A stretch of DNA of 64,000 bases from positions 45,147 to 109,146 of the forward strand of contig JBEEFV010000008.1 in NCBI GenBank assembly GCA_041166405.1, read 5' to 3'. The stretch's first letter is position 1, and each line of letters starts with the position of its first letter. Origin of the DNA: Actinomycetota bacterium. Lineage in GTDB: Bacteria > Actinomycetota > Acidimicrobiia > Acidimicrobiales > JACCXE01. The notes beneath the pieces were generated by a model. The model worked only from the letters and a program-made list of their open reading frames with translations. It was not told the origin of the DNA and searched no databases. Positions 48,618 through 56,633 of this stretch are shown here, piece after piece. Both the position numbers and the translations under genes were made by a program.

Positions 48618-49091
48618 TCACCTTTGCGCGTTCGGAGCGGCCTCGTCGATCTCGATCAGTCCGTGACCCCAGACGCCGCCGTTCGCAGCGACGAGGTCGG
48701 CGACGGCCTGCGGCAGCACACGCTTGCCGGCCAGCTCGTCGAGCGGCACCCACACCGCTTCGTACGTGCCTTTGCTCGCCGGATTCAGCAGTTCCGGGCC
48801 GGCCACGACGATGTCGTCGCTGTCGACGGAGGCGTCGAAGTACCACTGCTGCTGGAACGTGCCGTCCTCCTCCCGGTGGTTGATCGAGACACGCAGCTCG
48901 CCCAGCACGACGGCCACGCCCAGCTCCTCTTCGGCCTCGCGATGCGCCGCGTGCGCGACCGTCTCGCCTTTCTCGACGCTGCCGCCGGGCACCGCGAAGT
49001 AGTGCTGATCCGCGCGCCGGCGCTCGATCAACGCCAGCCGTCCGTGACGCACGATCACGACTCCGGCGCGCTCCGCGTGTTGCTTGCTCAT
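48618..49091 (-). CDS. NUDIX hydrolase
   Basis: Nudix box GGSVEKGETVAHAAHREAEEELG. Confidence 0.85.
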   Translation of the reverse strand: MSKQHAERAGVVIVRHGRLALIERRRADQHYFAVPGGSVEKGETVAHAAHREAEEELGVAVVLGELRVSINHREEDGTFQQQWYFDASVDSDDIVVAGPELLNPASKGTYEAVWVPLDELAGKRVLPQAVADLVAANGGVWGHGLIEIDEAAPNAQR

Positions 49092-49114
49092 CGGAGGGGC
49101 AAACTAGGACGGCC

Positions 49115-50176
49115 GTGACCAATCGCACCGCCGAGTTGCTGTGGGCCGCCTGCCGGCCTTCCCCGTCGCTCGACGGTGTCGCGGCGGCCATCGCCCACGG
49201 CGCGGACCTCGACGTGGCCGCTGATCTGTCGATCGTGCAGCGCGTGTCGCCGTTGCTGTGGCGTGCGCTGTGTCAGGCGGGCATCACGCCCACCGACGAA
49301 CCTTGGTCGCAGCGGTTGGCCGACGACACGCAGCGCTGCCGCGCCCAAAGCAAGATGCTGCTGCCCCAGATCGGCCGGCTGGCGCTGGCGCCGCTCGCGG
49401 AGGTGGGGATCGAGCCGCTCGTCATCAAAGGCGCGGCCATCGCGCCGCGCTACCCCGACACGGGCCTGCGACCGATGGACGACGTCGACGTGATCATCTC
49501 GCACCATCAGGCCGACGCCGCGCTCCGGACGCTCAACGACTGCGGGTGGGTGACGCACACTCCGCCGAATCGGCGCCGGTTCGAAGTCGACGTGACGCAC
49601 AAATCGTTGCCGGGACTTCACATCGACCTGCACCGCGGCCTCGACTCGTGGCGTACGCGCGCCAACCGACTGACCAGCGAAGCCCTGTGGTCGTCGCGCA
49701 CTCCGGCGACGTTGTACGGCGCCCCGGCGTACGTGCTGCCACGCGAAATCGAATTGATCAGCTTGGCGGCGCACGCCGCGAAGCCGTACCACGGCTTCGA
49801 CCGCCTGATCTGGATCGTCGACATCACCGTGGCGACCCAGGCGAACCTCGACTGGGATCGCGTTGCGTTTCTGGCGCACGACACCCATTGCCGCACCGCG
49901 CTCGCGGTCGCCCTCACGCTCGCAGCACGCATGGGCGCGGAATCGCCCGCCGAACTGCGCCACATCGACGGCGCGAGGACGAGCGCGCTGTCCGACGTGT
50001 TGTCTGCGGACTGGCCGACGATCAGTCGCGACGGGCACGTGCGAGCCGCGCTGCGCTACGGGTTGGTCGACGACCGACGCACGCGCGCCACGTTGCTCGT
50101 CAGCGAGTTGTTCGACAAGAACGTGTGGGAAGTCCCGCGACGCGCCGCTCGCGTCATGCGGCGCCGCCTCAAGTAG
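49115..50176 (+). CDS. nucleotidyltransferase-family protein (NTP_transf_5/PF14907-like), RiPP-cluster associated
   Basis: GTG start. Motifs are RPMDDVDVII and LHIDLHRGL, characteristic of the uncharacterised nucleotidyltransferase family often encoded next to PqqD and HprK-like genes. Confidence 0.7.
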   Translation: MTNRTAELLWAACRPSPSLDGVAAAIAHGADLDVAADLSIVQRVSPLLWRALCQAGITPTDEPWSQRLADDTQRCRAQSKMLLPQIGRLALAPLAEVGIEPLVIKGAAIAPRYPDTGLRPMDDVDVIISHHQADAALRTLNDCGWVTHTPPNRRRFEVDVTHKSLPGLHIDLHRGLDSWRTRANRLTSEALWSSRTPATLYGAPAYVLPREIELISLAAHAAKPYHGFDRLIWIVDITVATQANLDWDRVAFLAHDTHCRTALAVALTLAARMGAESPAELRHIDGARTSALSDVLSADWPTISRDGHVRAALRYGLVDDRRTRATLLVSELFDKNVWEVPRRAARVMRRRLK

Positions 50177-51071
50177 AGAACGTTCCCGCCGTCACCAGCT
50201 CCGGCACCGAGTCGCGCCACTCGTCGCGACGCGGCAACCGCAACCGGACCGCCGGCGCCTTCGTCAGGAGCTTGGCGACGCGTCCGAACAGTTCGCGCCC
50301 GCGATCGTCGGGGTCTTGCAACCACACCGCGTGACGGGCGAGTGCGCGCAGCGCGTCGGCGCGACTCATGGCGTCGAGCGCAGGCGCGTCGCCGCCCGGC
50401 GCTTCCAGCAAGACGACGCGCGCCAAGTCAACGGGTCCCGTCGCTTGGACCGCCGACACGTCCCACGCCGTCTTGTCGGCCGAGTCGAATGCGCGCGCCA
50501 TGTCGCGGGGACCGGGCTCGCCGTGGGCCACGCGCACCCACGGGGGTCCGGGCCACACCTGGGCCGTGTCGCCGCGCAGATCGATCGTGACGACGTCCTC
50601 GCTGAGCGACGACCAGCCCTCGTCGACCAAACGCACGAGCACGCTCGACTTGCCGGAACCGGAGTCGGCGCACACGACGATGGCCTTGCCATCGCGGGCG
50701 CACGACGATCCGTGCACCAGCAACACGTCGAGTCCGTGCAGTAGCAACGGCAACCCGAACGACGCCACGAGCTGGCGTTGGACCGCGTCGTCACCCGGCG
50801 CAATCGTGACGCTGGCGTCGCGGGGATCGACTTCCAGCGCCGCGGCCTTCGGGCCCGCGAGCACGAGGCGCCCGTCGGGGCGACGGAACATCGCCGCGGC
50901 CTCACCGTTCTGCGACCACAGTTGCTGACCATTGGGCGGCTCGACCTCGCCGAAGCGGACCGTCGCGAAAGCTAATGGAATGCCTTGAGATGCGCCGATT
51001 GCGATCGTGGCGCCCTCGACGCGAACGCCGTGGCAGCCGGGCCAGGCGTCGTCGCTACGTGCCGGGCTCAT
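50169..51071 (-). CDS. HPr-kinase-like (HprK-related) P-loop kinase
   Basis: Lies inside ORF 50169..51182. The ATG at 51071 was chosen; a GTG at 51026 is also possible. P-loop segment is LLVHGSSCARDGKAIVVCADSGSGKSSVLVRLVDEGW...SEDVV, as in the HprK C-terminal domain. Confidence 0.7.
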   Translation of the reverse strand: MSPARSDDAWPGCHGVRVEGATIAIGASQGIPLAFATVRFGEVEPPNGQQLWSQNGEAAAMFRRPDGRLVLAGPKAAALEVDPRDASVTIAPGDDAVQRQLVASFGLPLLLHGLDVLLVHGSSCARDGKAIVVCADSGSGKSSVLVRLVDEGWSSLSEDVVTIDLRGDTAQVWPGPPWVRVAHGEPGPRDMARAFDSADKTAWDVSAVQATGPVDLARVVLLEAPGGDAPALDAMSRADALRALARHAVWLQDPDDRGRELFGRVAKLLTKAPAVRLRLPRRDEWRDSVPELVTAGTFST

Positions 51072-51330
51072 CGGCAGTCTCGCTGATGAGCCCTGCGTCC
51101 AGAAGTTGGCGCAGCAACGTGTCGGCATCGGCGCGCAACGCGTCGGCCGGCCGGTCCGGCCACGTGGCCCTGAGCTGGGCAAACGGGTCGGATCCGTCCA
51201 TTAACGCGTGCCACACCACGAGCCCCGACCGGTTCAGTCCGTAGTACCGCCCGGTGGCGACGTGAAGCAGGAATGCCTCGCCTTCCTCTTCGTGCAGGAT
51301 GACGTCTTCGGCTACACTCATCACCGGCAT
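51055..51330 (-). CDS. PqqD-family protein (RiPP recognition element, lasso B1-type)
   Basis: Lies inside ORF 51055..51438. The ATG at 51330 was chosen, with an alternative at 51321. The 91-aa product has the PqqD-like pattern EGEAFLLHVATGRYYGLNRSGLVVWHAL...LLRQLLDAGLI. Confidence 0.75.
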   Translation of the reverse strand: MPVMSVAEDVILHEEEGEAFLLHVATGRYYGLNRSGLVVWHALMDGSDPFAQLRATWPDRPADALRADADTLLRQLLDAGLISETADEPGT

Positions 51331-51405
51331 AAAAGAGAAGCTTGCTGGGTCACAAGAACTTTCGCAAGATACCGACAGTCGGTGCGTTCTCTGCACAACG
51401 CCTAT

Positions 51406-51413
51406 AGGAGGGG
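51406..51413 (+). promoter_or_regulatory. Shine-Dalgarno sequence AGGAGGGG for the precursor peptide gene
   Basis: AGGAGGGG lies 9 nt upstream of the ATG at 51423, in an unusually AT-rich 92-bp divergent intergenic region. Confidence 0.55.
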
Positions 51414-51422
51414 ACTGTCTCC

Positions 51423-51551
51423 ATGGACGAAGCAACAAACCTGTCCAATGACGGGTATGAGGCGCCGGCTCTCACCGAGTACGGCTCCATTGAGGAGTGG
51501 ACGAAGGGCGCGTACGCCGAGGTTATTAACCTCAGCGTCGTTCTTCCTTAG
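51423..51551 (+). CDS. lasso-peptide-type RiPP precursor, 42 aa (too short to appear in the ORF track)
   Basis: Hand translation gives MDEATNLSNDGYEAPALTEYGSIEEWTKGAYAEVINLSVVLP. It has a strong SD and sits between the B1 and B2 genes. The leader matches YxxPxLx3Gx5Tx exactly, with Gly following the Tx pair. Confidence 0.7.
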   Translation: MDEATNLSNDGYEAPALTEYGSIEEWTKGAYAEVINLSVVLP

Positions 51552-51552
51552 T

Positions 51553-51960
51553 TCAAACCCGCCCGATCGGCGCCGGAACCCATTGGGTACCGGCGCTGAT
51601 CGACGCGAGCGCTTGGTGCTCGCCACTCGGTAGAGGGTCGTAGACGCGCGCGTCGAGGATGATCCAGGCGTGCGCCCCCCATTTTCCGTCGCCGTAGCGA
51701 CGGCACCCCAGGATCAGCTCCGGGTCGTTGCCGGCGCGCGTGCACGCGATGGTCAGTGCGACCGACTGGGAGAGGCAGTTCGCCGCCATCAGACGTGAGG
51801 CGCGACGAACGGCGCGCAGGCCTTCGTCCGCGTCGAACGAAGGCCACGGCGCGCCGTGCGTGAGATGCCGCAACGTGGCGGTGGTGTCGCGGCGGCGAAG
51901 CGAACGCCTCGTCGCCGCGAGCAGCGCCGTGATGCGGAGTTGAAGCAGCACCGACCTCAT
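51553..51960 (-). CDS. lasso peptide biosynthesis B2-type protease (transglutaminase-like Cys protease)
   Basis: Start is MRSVLLQLRI, inside ORF 51553..52035. The 135-aa product has Cys in AANCLSQSVAL, His in GAHAWIILD and a following Asp, the pattern typical of B2/Transglut_core3. Confidence 0.75.
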   Translation of the reverse strand: MRSVLLQLRITALLAATRRSLRRRDTTATLRHLTHGAPWPSFDADEGLRAVRRASRLMAANCLSQSVALTIACTRAGNDPELILGCRRYGDGKWGAHAWIILDARVYDPLPSGEHQALASISAGTQWVPAPIGRV

Positions 51961-51982
51961 CGAGGTCGGTGATTCTTGCGTA

Positions 51983-52162
51983 TTAGACGTGCAGGCAGAC
52001 CCCGGCGTCAGCTGAATGCACAATGACGCAGACACGCAGCAGGCCGGTATTCGTCAATGGCACCTGCGTGACATCGGCCTTCGCCGGTGCGGCGAGCGGC
52101 GATGCCGACAGGCCGAGCAGTGCGCCGCAGGCAGCGGCGATCACGATAAGGCGACGAAGCAT
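51983..52162 (-). CDS. 59-aa hypothetical secreted Cys-containing peptide (just under the apparent length cutoff of the ORF track)
   Basis: Hand translation gives MLRRLIVIAAACGALLGLSASPLAAPAKADVTQVPLTNTGLLRVCVIVHSADAGVCLHV. A GGGAGG SD (52171-52176) lies 8 nt upstream of the ATG. The N-terminus is signal-peptide-like. The gene lies 22 nt upstream of B2 on the same strand. Confidence 0.45.
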   Translation of the reverse strand: MLRRLIVIAAACGALLGLSASPLAAPAKADVTQVPLTNTGLLRVCVIVHSADAGVCLHV

Positions 52163-52240
52163 GGATTGAACCTCCCAGTTGACTACTTCTGGTAACTGCC
52201 CGAACGGCGCGTTCTTACGCGACTGACACCGGGTGATTCG

Positions 52241-52609
52241 TCAGACAGTGATGCCAAATGCCTCAGCGGCGACCGTAAGCGCCTCATTCGCCGCGGGCAC
52301 ACCGGCGTACACGGCCACTTGCATCAACACCTCGACGAGCTCCTCCTGGGAGATCCCCAGGTTGCGCGCGCCCGCGAGGTGGGCGCGCAGCTCGGTGGTC
52401 TTGCCGAGAGCAGCCAGCATCGCGACCGTGATGAGGCTGCGATCGCGGACGGGCAGCGCCTCACGCGACCAGATCTTGCCGAACGCCGTTTCGGCGACCC
52501 AAGCAAAGAAATCGGGCGCCAACTTCGCCGACGGCCGAGGGGTGCCGCCGGTCGCCATCTGCGGCCACAGCTGCGTCTGAATCTCGCGGCCCGTCTCCAG
52601 GTCTCCCAT
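52241..52609 (-). CDS. carboxymuconolactone decarboxylase-family (AhpD-like) protein
   Basis: 122 aa with the CMD-like segment RSLITVAMLAALGKTTELRAHLAGARNLGISQEELVEVLMQVAVYAGVP. Confidence 0.8.
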   Translation of the reverse strand: MGDLETGREIQTQLWPQMATGGTPRPSAKLAPDFFAWVAETAFGKIWSREALPVRDRSLITVAMLAALGKTTELRAHLAGARNLGISQEELVEVLMQVAVYAGVPAANEALTVAAEAFGITV

Positions 52610-53785
52610 TTAGTCCACTCCTTCGAAGAGGTTCACCGTGCACACGCTGCCGCCGCCGACGCAGTGCGCGAGGCCGATGCGTGCGCCGTCGACTTGCCGG
52701 TCCGGACCGGCCTCGCGCCGCAACTGCAGCACGATCTCGTGCACCATCGCCGCCCCGGTCGGCCCGCCGGGGTGGCCACGCGCGATCAGGCCGCCGTCGG
52801 TGTTGAACGGGATGCGGCCGCCGAGACTGGTCTCGCCGGCGTCGACCAACTTGTCGCCCTCGCCGGGCTCGCAGAACCCGAGCAACTCGTAGTACTCGAG
52901 CTCCTCGTTGGCGAACGCGTCGTGGCACATCGCCAGCGACACGTCCGCAGGACCCACGCCCGCCTTCTCGTACGCCTCGCGCGCTGTGGTCTCGGTCATC
53001 GTCGCCGGACCGACGACCGGCCCGAGAAACGCGTGCCCCGGTGAGTACGCCTCGCTCTGCGCCGCGCTCGACAGCGGCCGCACGATGCGGCGGTTCGGCT
53101 GGTGGGCGCGCACCCACTCCTCGCTGGCGACGATCACCGCGGCGGCGCCGTCGTCGGCGGGGCAACTCATCATCGCGGTGAGCGGTTCGGCGATTTTGCG
53201 CGACGCCAACACCTCTTCGGCGGTGACGATGTGGTCGGGTTGGCGATGCGAGAGCGGATTGCGCGCGCCGTGGTTCCAGTTCTTGGCGGCGATCTTGGCG
53301 AACGTCTCGGGCTTCGTCCCGTACTCGTGCATGCGGCGCTGCGCCCACAGCGCGAAGAACGCGGCGGGCAGGATCGACGCGTCGAGCTGGTCGCGTCCCG
53401 CGCCGCGTGACTTATTGCCGCCGGCGACGCGCGCCGCGGTCATCTCGGTCATCTTGTCGAAGCACAACGCCATGGCGATCTCGGCGCGGCCCGACGACAC
53501 CGCCCACGCCGCCTCGCGGAACGCGAACAGGCCGGTCGCCGATGCGTTCTCGATGTGGGTGACCGGCAACCCGGTCAGCCCGAACTCCTTCACCGCCTTC
53601 ACGCCGACCTGATGCTGCAGGCCGAGGTAGCCCACGAACACCTCGTCGATGTCGGCGAGCGTCACGCCGGCGTCGTGCATGGCGAGCAGGCCAGCGTCGC
53701 GTGCCAACTCGACCTGGGGCACGTCGTTGTACATGTCGAACCGGAGCTGGCCGACGCCCGCCACTGCGATGCCGTCGAACTTCAC
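52610..53785 (-). CDS. thiolase-like lipid-transfer (SCP-x/Ltp-type) protein
   Basis: 391 aa with a thiolase fold (NASATGLFAFREA, CHDAFANEELEYYELLG, GGLIARGHPGGPTG). ATGA overlap with the upstream DUF35 gene at 53782-53785. Confidence 0.8.
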   Translation of the reverse strand: MKFDGIAVAGVGQLRFDMYNDVPQVELARDAGLLAMHDAGVTLADIDEVFVGYLGLQHQVGVKAVKEFGLTGLPVTHIENASATGLFAFREAAWAVSSGRAEIAMALCFDKMTEMTAARVAGGNKSRGAGRDQLDASILPAAFFALWAQRRMHEYGTKPETFAKIAAKNWNHGARNPLSHRQPDHIVTAEEVLASRKIAEPLTAMMSCPADDGAAAVIVASEEWVRAHQPNRRIVRPLSSAAQSEAYSPGHAFLGPVVGPATMTETTAREAYEKAGVGPADVSLAMCHDAFANEELEYYELLGFCEPGEGDKLVDAGETSLGGRIPFNTDGGLIARGHPGGPTGAAMVHEIVLQLRREAGPDRQVDGARIGLAHCVGGGSVCTVNLFEGVD

Positions 53786-54165
53786 GGGCGGAACCGGTAG
53801 ATCACGACGTCGTTGCCGTCTTCGTCTTGCCGCAGCGTCTCGACGTCGAGCTGCAGTTGCATGCCGATCGAGAAGTCACCCGGTTCGCCTTGCAAAATGG
53901 CCTGGATCCGCGGCCCTTCGGGCAGGTCGACCTGGCCCACGCCGTACGAGCTCACCGTCGAGTCGGTCTTGGCGAACAGCGGCAGGTGCACCCACGTCCA
54001 CGTGTACAGCGTGCCGGTGGTGCTCAACACGACGTCGTCGGTGCCTTCGTGCAGGCACTTCGCGCACACGATGCGACGCGGGTAGAAGACCTCGCCGCAC
54101 GCCTGGCACTGCGAACCCTTGAGGCGAACCCCGTCAGCGTCGACGTCGAAGTAGTCCGGCGCCAT
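53782..54165 (-). CDS. DUF35 OB-fold/zinc-ribbon protein (thiolase partner)
   Basis: Start is MAPDYFDVDADG, inside ORF 53782..54849. Zinc ribbon is CQACGEVFYPRRIVCAKC, followed by an OB-fold-like C-terminus. Confidence 0.8.
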   Translation of the reverse strand: MAPDYFDVDADGVRLKGSQCQACGEVFYPRRIVCAKCLHEGTDDVVLSTTGTLYTWTWVHLPLFAKTDSTVSSYGVGQVDLPEGPRIQAILQGEPGDFSIGMQLQLDVETLRQDEDGNDVVIYRFRP

Positions 54166-54179
54166 CGAAACCTGCGGCA

Positions 54180-55073
54180 CTACTTCTCCTCCGGTTTGGG
54201 CGAAATAGTCAGCTCGACGTTGCCGCGCGCTTCGGCGGCGAGCACGAGATCGCTCCAGTCGCAGTCGCCGAAGCCGCGAGCGACGGCGTCCGAGAGGAAC
54301 TCGAGCACCGCGGCACCCGCAGGCGTGGGCACGCCGTAGGCCTGGCCGATCTCGCCAATGAGGCCGGCGTCCTTGGCAGCGAGGCGAAGGGCGAACTCGG
54401 TCGGCTTGCCCCGCGTGTTGATGCCTTCGAGGGCTCGGTCGAGGAAGTAGTTCGACGGCCCGGCGAGCTTCACGATGTCTGACGCCGTGCGCACGTCGAT
54501 GCCGGCCTTGGTCGTCAGCGACAGCGCCTCGAACGCCGCCACGGCGCCGCTGAACGCCATCAGGCTCGTCGCCAGCTTCATCGTCGTGCCGGCGCCCACA
54601 GGGCCGAGGTGGAACGTGGCGCGGCCGAGGGCGTCGAGGATCGGCTTGAGTCGTTCGACCGCCGCGTCCTCCCCGCCGACCATGAACACGAGACCGCGGT
54701 TCTTGGCACCGATGGCGCCGCCGCTCAGCGGTGCCTCGACGAACTGGTGACCCGTCGACTCGAGCTGCCGGGCGATGGCCTGGTTGCTGGCGGGCAGCGT
54801 GGTGGACAGGTCGCACAGGATCGCGCCGGCCGGCGCAGCCGTCGCCCACTCCTTGGCCACGGCGGTGACCGCGTTGGGATCAGGCAGCGACGTGAGCGTG
54901 ACCTCGGCGACGCGCGCCAGATCGGCGACAGAGCCCGCGGGCGTCGCGCCGTCGATGGCCTTGACTCGCTCGGCATCAAGGTCGAAGACCGTCACGCTGT
55001 GGCCGTCGGCCACGAGGTTCTGCGCGAGGTTCCCGCCGATGTTGCCGAGCCCGATTACGCCAACTTCTAACAT
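54180..55073 (-). CDS. NAD(P)-dependent 3-hydroxyisobutyrate/6-phosphogluconate dehydrogenase-like oxidoreductase
   Basis: Start is MLEVGVIGLGNIGGNLA, inside ORF 54180..55652. Also carries GAGTTMKLATS. Confidence 0.85.
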   Translation of the reverse strand: MLEVGVIGLGNIGGNLAQNLVADGHSVTVFDLDAERVKAIDGATPAGSVADLARVAEVTLTSLPDPNAVTAVAKEWATAAPAGAILCDLSTTLPASNQAIARQLESTGHQFVEAPLSGGAIGAKNRGLVFMVGGEDAAVERLKPILDALGRATFHLGPVGAGTTMKLATSLMAFSGAVAAFEALSLTTKAGIDVRTASDIVKLAGPSNYFLDRALEGINTRGKPTEFALRLAAKDAGLIGEIGQAYGVPTPAGAAVLEFLSDAVARGFGDCDWSDLVLAAEARGNVELTISPKPEEK

Positions 55074-55097
55074 TGGCGTCACATTAGGTTGAGAGTC

Positions 55098-56633
55098 ATG
55101 GACCCTGCGGGCGAACACCTCCTCGCACACGCGGCGACGACGCCCGACAAGCCCGCTGTCGTGATGAACGCGACGGGTGCGACGCGGACGTACGCGCAGA
55201 TCGCGGCGCGCAGTGGCGCGCTGGCGCGCGTCTTGCACGACCGCGGCATGCGGCGCGGCGACCACGTGGCCGTGCTGCTCGACAACCAGCCCGAGTTCTA
55301 CGACGTCGTGTGGGCGGCGATGCGCGTCGGCGCGTACGTGACGCCGATCAACTGGCATCTCGTCGCCGCCGAGGCGGGCTACATCGTCGACAACTGCGAC
55401 GCCTCGGCGTTCTTCGCGACCGCTCGGCTGCGCGAGGTCGTCGCCGAGATGGAACCCCACATGGCGAATGTGAAGACGCGTATCTCGATCGACGGCCCGA
55501 TCGACGGCTTCGAAGTGCTCGACGACGTGATCGCCGGCGGCGCGACCGACGGTTTGGGCGACGACGAGTCCGAAGGCGGGTGGATGTTCTACTCGTCCGG
55601 CACGACGGGCCAGCCGAAGGGCATCCTGCCGCCGCTGGCGCCAATAGGACAAGGCGTGGGCGACATCGGCGCCAAGTCATTCCTGACGATGATGCTGACG
55701 GGCATGTTCGGCTTCGACGCCGACACCGTGTACCTGTCGCCGGGCGCGCCGCTGTACCACGCGGCGCCCGCAGGCTGGACGTACGGAACCCAGCGTCTCG
55801 GCGGCACCGCCGTCGTGATGGAAAAGTTCGAGCCGCTCGACGTGCTGGCGGCGATCGAACGTCACCGGGTCACCCACGTGCAGTTCGTGCCGACCCACAT
55901 GATCCGCCTCCTGAAGCTCAGCGACGAAGAACGCGCGCGCTACGACCTGTCGTCGTTGCAAGTGGTCGTGCACGCGGCCGCGCCCTGCCCCGTCGAGACG
56001 AAGCAGCGCTTCATCGAGTGGGTCGGGCCGATCGTCCACGAGTTCTACAGCGGCAGTGAAGGCGCAGGCCTCACGTACGTGAACTCGGTCGACTGGCTCG
56101 CGCATCCCGGCACCGTCGGCAAGTCGATGACCGGCCAGATCCACATCGTCGGTGACGACGGCGAGGAGTTGCCCGTCGGCGAAGAGGGCGAAGTGTGGTT
56201 CTCGACGAACCGCACCTTCGAGTACTACCAAGAGCCCGAGAAGACCAAGCAGGCGTGGGACGCGCGCGGGTGGAGCTGGATGGGCGACGTCGGCAAAGTC
56301 GACGAGGACGGCTACCTGTATCTCACCGACCGCGCGTCGAACATGATCATCAGCGGCGGGGTCAACATCTACCCGCGTGAAATCGAGGACGTGCTCGTCG
56401 TGCACCCGTCGATCGACGACGTCGCCGTCCTCGGCACGCCCGAGCCCGAGATGGGTGAACAAGTCACGGCGTTCGTCCAGCTGGCCCCGGGCGCATCGGC
56501 GACCGCCGACGAACTCATCGCGTGGTGCCGCGACCGCCTCTCGCACTTCAAGTGCCCGCGCGAGGTGCGCTTCGTCGACGAACTCCCCCGCCTGCCGACG
56601 GGGAAATTGCTCAAGCGTCGGTTGTTGTCGTAA
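55098..56633 (+). CDS. acyl-CoA synthetase (AMP-forming, ANL superfamily)
   Basis: ATG at 55098, inside ORF 55089..56633. Motifs are MFYSSGTTGQPKG, YSGSEG, MGDVGKVD, SGGVNIYPREIE and PTGKLLKR. Confidence 0.85.
   Translation: MDPAGEHLLAHAATTPDKPAVVMNATGATRTYAQIAARSGALARVLHDRGMRRGDHVAVLLDNQPEFYDVVWAAMRVGAYVTPINWHLVAAEAGYIVDNCDASAFFATARLREVVAEMEPHMANVKTRISIDGPIDGFEVLDDVIAGGATDGLGDDESEGGWMFYSSGTTGQPKGILPPLAPIGQGVGDIGAKSFLTMMLTGMFGFDADTVYLSPGAPLYHAAPAGWTYGTQRLGGTAVVMEKFEPLDVLAAIERHRVTHVQFVPTHMIRLLKLSDEERARYDLSSLQVVVHAAAPCPVETKQRFIEWVGPIVHEFYSGSEGAGLTYVNSVDWLAHPGTVGKSMTGQIHIVGDDGEELPVGEEGEVWFSTNRTFEYYQEPEKTKQAWDARGWSWMGDVGKVDEDGYLYLTDRASNMIISGGVNIYPREIEDVLVVHPSIDDVAVLGTPEPEMGEQVTAFVQLAPGASATADELIAWCRDRLSHFKCPREVRFVDELPRLPTGKLLKRRLLS

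Noticed and set aside
51507-51521. A Gly1-Glu5 macrolactam, or alternative cleavage after Tyr20 (core GSIEEWTK...), as ways to rescue a canonical lasso peptide.
   Set aside because: Known lasso rings have 7-9 residues, and a 5-residue ring cannot be threaded. Alternative cleavage breaks the Thr(-2) rule and still gives no Asp/Glu at positions 7-9.
51208-51633. ORFs 51208..51633 (+, 141 aa) and 51402..51626 (-, 74 aa), which cover the B1-B2 intergenic region.
   Set aside because: They have no SD and no recognisable features, and they overlap flanking genes. The 42-codon ORF in another frame has a strong SD and an exact lasso leader motif.
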